Source: Candidatus Asbonarchaeum danakilense (GTDB lineage: Archaea > Nanohalarchaeota > Nanosalinia > Nanosalinales > Nanoanaerosalinaceae). From it: 41,119 nucleotides of DNA. Position 1 is the first letter of the stretch; each line of letters starts with the position of its first letter. The position numbers and the translations under genes were made by a program. Positions 37,496 through 41,119 of the stretch are shown piece after piece. The stretch lies in NCBI GenBank assembly GCA_034190465.1, contig JAXINV010000021.1, forward strand, positions 1-41,119. Reading direction: 5' to 3'. The notes under the pieces are model-generated. The model was not told the DNA's origin. It searched no databases and saw nothing but the letters and a program-made list of their open reading frames with translations.

Positions 37496-38397
37496 CAGCT
37501 ATCATCCTCCAGTGTCCCGTCCGCGATCGACCGGAACCGGTCGCGCAGCTCCTCGAACCGGGACTGCACATCGTCCGCCTTGTTCTTCGCGTTCCTGACG
37601 TGGCGGTAGAACGTCTCCCAGTCCTCACCGAACGACTCGAACCCCGACCTGAGCTGCTGCAGCTGCTGCTGGACCTCCTCCGCCTGCCGGGACAGCTGCC
37701 TGGCATGGATGTCTGCCTTGATCAGCTCCAGCTTGTGGCCCAGCGTCAGCGGCGAGACCACCTGGACACCGCGCTTCGTGAACTCCTGCAGCATCTCCTG
37801 CTCCTCCGTCACCAGGTGGTGGTAGACCGCCTCCGACGGGATGAACGCGAACGCGAACTCCGTCGTGCCCTGCTCAGGCCGGACATAGTCCGACGCGATC
37901 TTCTCCAGCTGCTGCTCCACATCCCGCCGGAACCGCTTCCTGGCCTGGTCCGCCGTCGCCTCGTCGCCCTGCTGCCTGGCGTCCAGGTACTGCTCATAGT
38001 TGTCCAGCGGGAACTTCGAATCGATGCAGACCGTGCCCGACGAGCTCTCGATGTGGGCGTCTGGCGTCTTCCCATCCACCACCTGTTCACGCACCCCGTA
38101 CATGTCCTCAGGCAGGTGGTCGGCCAGGATCGTGTCCAGCTGCTGTTCGCCGAACGCACCGCGCTCCTTCGGCAGCCGCAGCATCTGCTCCAGATCCCGG
38201 TGCAGGTCCTCCACCGTCGCCGCGTGGTCCTCAAGCTTGCCGACCTGCTGGTCGAACCCCAGCTCACGCCAGGACTCGTTCAACGCGTTCCTGACCTCGG
38301 AGACGTCGACATCGACCCGCGACCGGTTCGACTCCTGCACCGCAACGTAGAGAACAAGCAACAGGATCACGACGAGCAGCATGGTAGTCAGCGCCAT
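37495..38397 (-). CDS. rmuC: DNA recombination protein RmuC
   Basis: N-terminal TM, RG.FGE.QL..IL, PDA, IDSKFPL, FA..FIPSEA.Y, VSP.TL. Confidence 0.9.
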   Translation of the reverse strand: MALTTMLLVVILLLVLYVAVQESNRSRVDVDVSEVRNALNESWRELGFDQQVGKLEDHAATVEDLHRDLEQMLRLPKERGAFGEQQLDTILADHLPEDMYGVREQVVDGKTPDAHIESSSGTVCIDSKFPLDNYEQYLDARQQGDEATADQARKRFRRDVEQQLEKIASDYVRPEQGTTEFAFAFIPSEAVYHHLVTEEQEMLQEFTKRGVQVVSPLTLGHKLELIKADIHARQLSRQAEEVQQQLQQLRSGFESFGEDWETFYRHVRNAKNKADDVQSRFEELRDRFRSIADGTLEDDS

Positions 38398-38429
38398 ACC
38401 TCGTTACGCGGTATCGATGCTTAAGTGTC

Positions 38430-38714
38430 TTAGGCGATGAACACGATGGCGAACGCGATCACCGCGAACATGAAGAAGATCGCCGCAATCCCGATCTGCA
38501 CGTCGCGCTTGCCGAGCAGCTCCTTGATGTCCTCGAACGACATATCCTGGCTCAGCATATCGCCCAGTCCCGATGAACCGGAAGCCTCCATCACGATCTC
38601 GTCGGCCACGGTCTCATTGAACCCTTTCTCCGTCAGGTACTGCTTCACCTGCTGTTCGGACCGTCCCTCCGACAGCATCTCCTTCGCACGATCCACGACC
38701 TCGTCGGTCATCAC
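38430..38714 (-). CDS. small membrane-anchored hypothetical protein
   Basis: Helical N-terminus and a C-terminal TM helix. Confidence 0.7.
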   Translation of the reverse strand: MMTDEVVDRAKEMLSEGRSEQQVKQYLTEKGFNETVADEIVMEASGSSGLGDMLSQDMSFEDIKELLGKRDVQIGIAAIFFMFAVIAFAIVFIA

Positions 38715-38750
38715 TGCCCTCTTGGACGCGGAGGCATAAATTAGCTTCGC

Positions 38751-39677
38751 TCAGAACGGCGTCCCGTACCCTGCCTCATCGGCCGTCTCCTCCTGGAACC
38801 CATCCAGCCGGTCACCGGCGGACGGATCGATGTCCGACAGCCGGGTGTACGGATCCTGCACCGGTGGATCGACCATCGTCAGGTGGCGCGGCACCCTGCG
38901 GCCGCCATTGACGACGTCCATCGACGGATTGATCGCCGTCAGGTCGTCGGCCAGCCGGGAGTCCTCGATCGCCTCCAGCACCGTGTCATCCCGAGCGAAC
39001 AGGTCCTGCTCCTCGATGATGTCCTCCTCCAGCGCACGGTCCAGCAGGTCGGCCATCGCGACCCGTGCCGCCTCCAGCTCCGGCCGGAACCGGACCTGCT
39101 CCGCGTGAGCGATCGACGCGTCCAGCAGCTCGTTCGCCGCATCGACACTGTCAGCGACCAACCGCCCGTCGATGACGCGCAGCCCAGCGACCAGATCACG
39201 GATATCTTCGCGTTCCAGCTCCTCCAGCGCCACCAGGTCGCGGCAGACGTGGTCCAGCTGGTCGGCGCCGATGTCGGGCGGCGCCCGGGTCAGCACTCCG
39301 AACGGCTCCGTGTCGAACACCGTGTCCGGGTCGAAGCCGTGGTCGGCCAGCACCGCACCGATCCCGTCGCCCAGGAGCTCCTCGCGCGCCCCGGCAAGAT
39401 CGCGGCCGAGCAGTGTCAGTGCACCGGCGAACGACGGCGTGAACACGTCGTGGAGCAGCCCTGCAAGCTGCTCGCGTTCCCCGCTGCCGTACTCCCGGAC
39501 CAGGATGGCGACACCCAGTGCGTGGTCGTACCGGGGCGTGGCCAGCTCGGGGACGACGAGCGAGCCGGCCCCGTGCATCGACACGTGTTTCAGCCGCTGG
39601 ACGGCATCGTGCTGGATCAGATCGCGGAACACGCCGTCGAACTCGTACTCGCCGTAGAGCGGGTCCAGGTGCTTCAT
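38751..39677 (-). CDS. HD-domain protein with a degenerate active site
   Basis: DPLYG, QRLK, RYDHALG, LLHDV, ADQLD..RD. Confidence 0.82.
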   Translation of the reverse strand: MKHLDPLYGEYEFDGVFRDLIQHDAVQRLKHVSMHGAGSLVVPELATPRYDHALGVAILVREYGSGEREQLAGLLHDVFTPSFAGALTLLGRDLAGAREELLGDGIGAVLADHGFDPDTVFDTEPFGVLTRAPPDIGADQLDHVCRDLVALEELEREDIRDLVAGLRVIDGRLVADSVDAANELLDASIAHAEQVRFRPELEAARVAMADLLDRALEEDIIEEQDLFARDDTVLEAIEDSRLADDLTAINPSMDVVNGGRRVPRHLTMVDPPVQDPYTRLSDIDPSAGDRLDGFQEETADEAGYGTPF

Positions 39678-39787
39678 GGGGAGGGCTTGCCCGGCCACGG
39701 TTAAAAATGGGGTCGCCGGTCAACATGCGTTCAGCCCACGCCCCGGTCAGCGGTGCGTTTTAATGCCTCCGCAGGCGACGGTGACAC

Positions 39788-40354
39788 ATGGACGCGCTGG
39801 ACGCCATCCAGGAACAGATCGACGCGCCGCCGGAGGACGGCTACGCCATCGACATCGACCGGCAGCGGGTCGACGCCTACAGCCCGAAGCTCGCCAGGAC
39901 GCTGGACACGTACAGGGAACAGTACAGCCAGCTGGAACGGCTGCAGGAGCAGACATACACGGAACTGGACGAGCTGGCATGGGCGCTGCCCGGGGAGATG
40001 ACCGACACGATCGACGACACGTTCTGTTTCTCGCTCACCCGGCACCCGACGCGGGACCGGACCGTGATCTACACACCGCTGCACCGGTTCGTCGAGCGGT
40101 TCGACGACGCGTTCCAGGAGGAGACGTACAGCGCGTTCCGCGAACGGCTGGACGAAAACGCTAGCGATAGCTTCGAGACCTACTTCTCCATCTGGGACGA
40201 GAAGCACGAGGGTTGGGACGAAACGGTCTGGGTCTGGTCGCGGATCGCCGACATCGACGAAATCAGCGACGGACGGGAGCAGACCTACGAGGCGATGACC
40301 GCGACGGAGGGCGACCTCCGTGCACAGGTCGAGGATCTCGCCTCGCGGCTGTGA
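39788..40354 (+). CDS. hypothetical acidic protein
   Basis: Acidic ORF with host-like codons; TTTAAT upstream. Confidence 0.7.
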   Translation: MDALDAIQEQIDAPPEDGYAIDIDRQRVDAYSPKLARTLDTYREQYSQLERLQEQTYTELDELAWALPGEMTDTIDDTFCFSLTRHPTRDRTVIYTPLHRFVERFDDAFQEETYSAFRERLDENASDSFETYFSIWDEKHEGWDETVWVWSRIADIDEISDGREQTYEAMTATEGDLRAQVEDLASRL

Positions 40355-40415
40355 CAGAAATGCTGCATAGCCGGGCCACAATGTGTTTAAGGCAGCAGTG
40401 AGCACTTCTCTACAG

Positions 40416-41039
40416 ATGTTCGCCGACAGGAACGACGCCGGGACGCAGCTGGCCGAGGAGCTGCTGGAACGGGAGATCGACGCCGACATCGTCCTCGCCA
40501 TCCCGCGTGGCGGCCTGCCGCTCGGCCGGAAGGTCGCGGATGCGCTCCACGTCCCGCTGGACATCGTCGTCGCCCGGAAGATCAGTGCGCCGCGGAACGA
40601 GGAACTGGCACTTGGCGCGGTCGCCAGCGACGGCTCCGTCTACCTGGACGAGGACATGGTGCAGCGTTCGGGAGCTACTGACGACTACCTGGAGGAACAG
40701 CAGGAGATCGAAGCGGAGAACGCACGCGAGAAACGTGACCGGTACCGTGACGGCGACACCGGACCGGACCTCGAGGGGAAGACCGTCGTCATCGTCGACG
40801 ACGGCGTCGCGACCGGTTCCACGGCGATCGCCTGCCTCCGGCAGGTCAGGGAGGCGGGAGCAGCACGCGTCATCCTCGCCGTTCCCGTCGGACCGCCGGA
40901 CACGATCGACGACCTGGAGGACGAGGCCGACGAGGTCATCTGCCTGGAGCAGCCCGAGCTCTTCATGGCCGTCGGCCAGTTCTACGACCGGTTCGACCAG
41001 GTCAGCGACGAAGAAGCGATGGAATATCTGGACCGGTGA
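40416..41039 (+). CDS. phosphoribosyltransferase
   Basis: F.DR.DAG..LA, LAIPRGG, VDDGVATGST, AVGQFY..F.QVSD.E. Confidence 0.93.
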   Translation: MFADRNDAGTQLAEELLEREIDADIVLAIPRGGLPLGRKVADALHVPLDIVVARKISAPRNEELALGAVASDGSVYLDEDMVQRSGATDDYLEEQQEIEAENAREKRDRYRDGDTGPDLEGKTVVIVDDGVATGSTAIACLRQVREAGAARVILAVPVGPPDTIDDLEDEADEVICLEQPELFMAVGQFYDRFDQVSDEEAMEYLDR

Positions 41040-41119
41040 CAGCAGAGGGCCAAGTCACGGAGAAGATGCGCCGCACCGGCTTCCGCGTGGGCGGATGGCG
41101 GTTCAACAAGCCTTCCAGT

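Overview
High-GC archaeal window with a strongly acidic proteome, short intergenic regions and TATA-like promoters. This points to an extreme halophile, probably DPANN/Nanohaloarchaeota-like (inference). Housekeeping genes include the thermosome, RFC large and small subunits, an AK6-type kinase, HtpX, L40e, parvulin, NucS, Csp, RmuC, two HD proteins, an ABC exporter, MscS and an MFS transporter. There are four tRNAs: Ala-CGC and Ile-UAU with long introns, Thr-GGU and Pro-CGG. A ~12 kb type IV pilus locus carries many class III signal-peptide proteins. Two things are not explained by standard annotation. (1) At three unrelated conserved genes (thermosome, parvulin, tRNA-Pro) the 3' end is present three times in one architecture: [gene end]-[its reverse complement]-[short hairpin, usually GAA...TTC]-[another copy of the gene end]. 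In the protein genes the copies are mostly synonymously recoded. (2) A ~700 nt structured minus-strand region at 31.2-31.9 kb holds a 150-nt tRNA-like RNA with expanded D and anticodon arms and no canonical anticodon loop, a 50-aa Zn-finger ORF, and a second ~150-nt structured RNA. All calls are by-eye motif recognition; no searches or folding programs were run.
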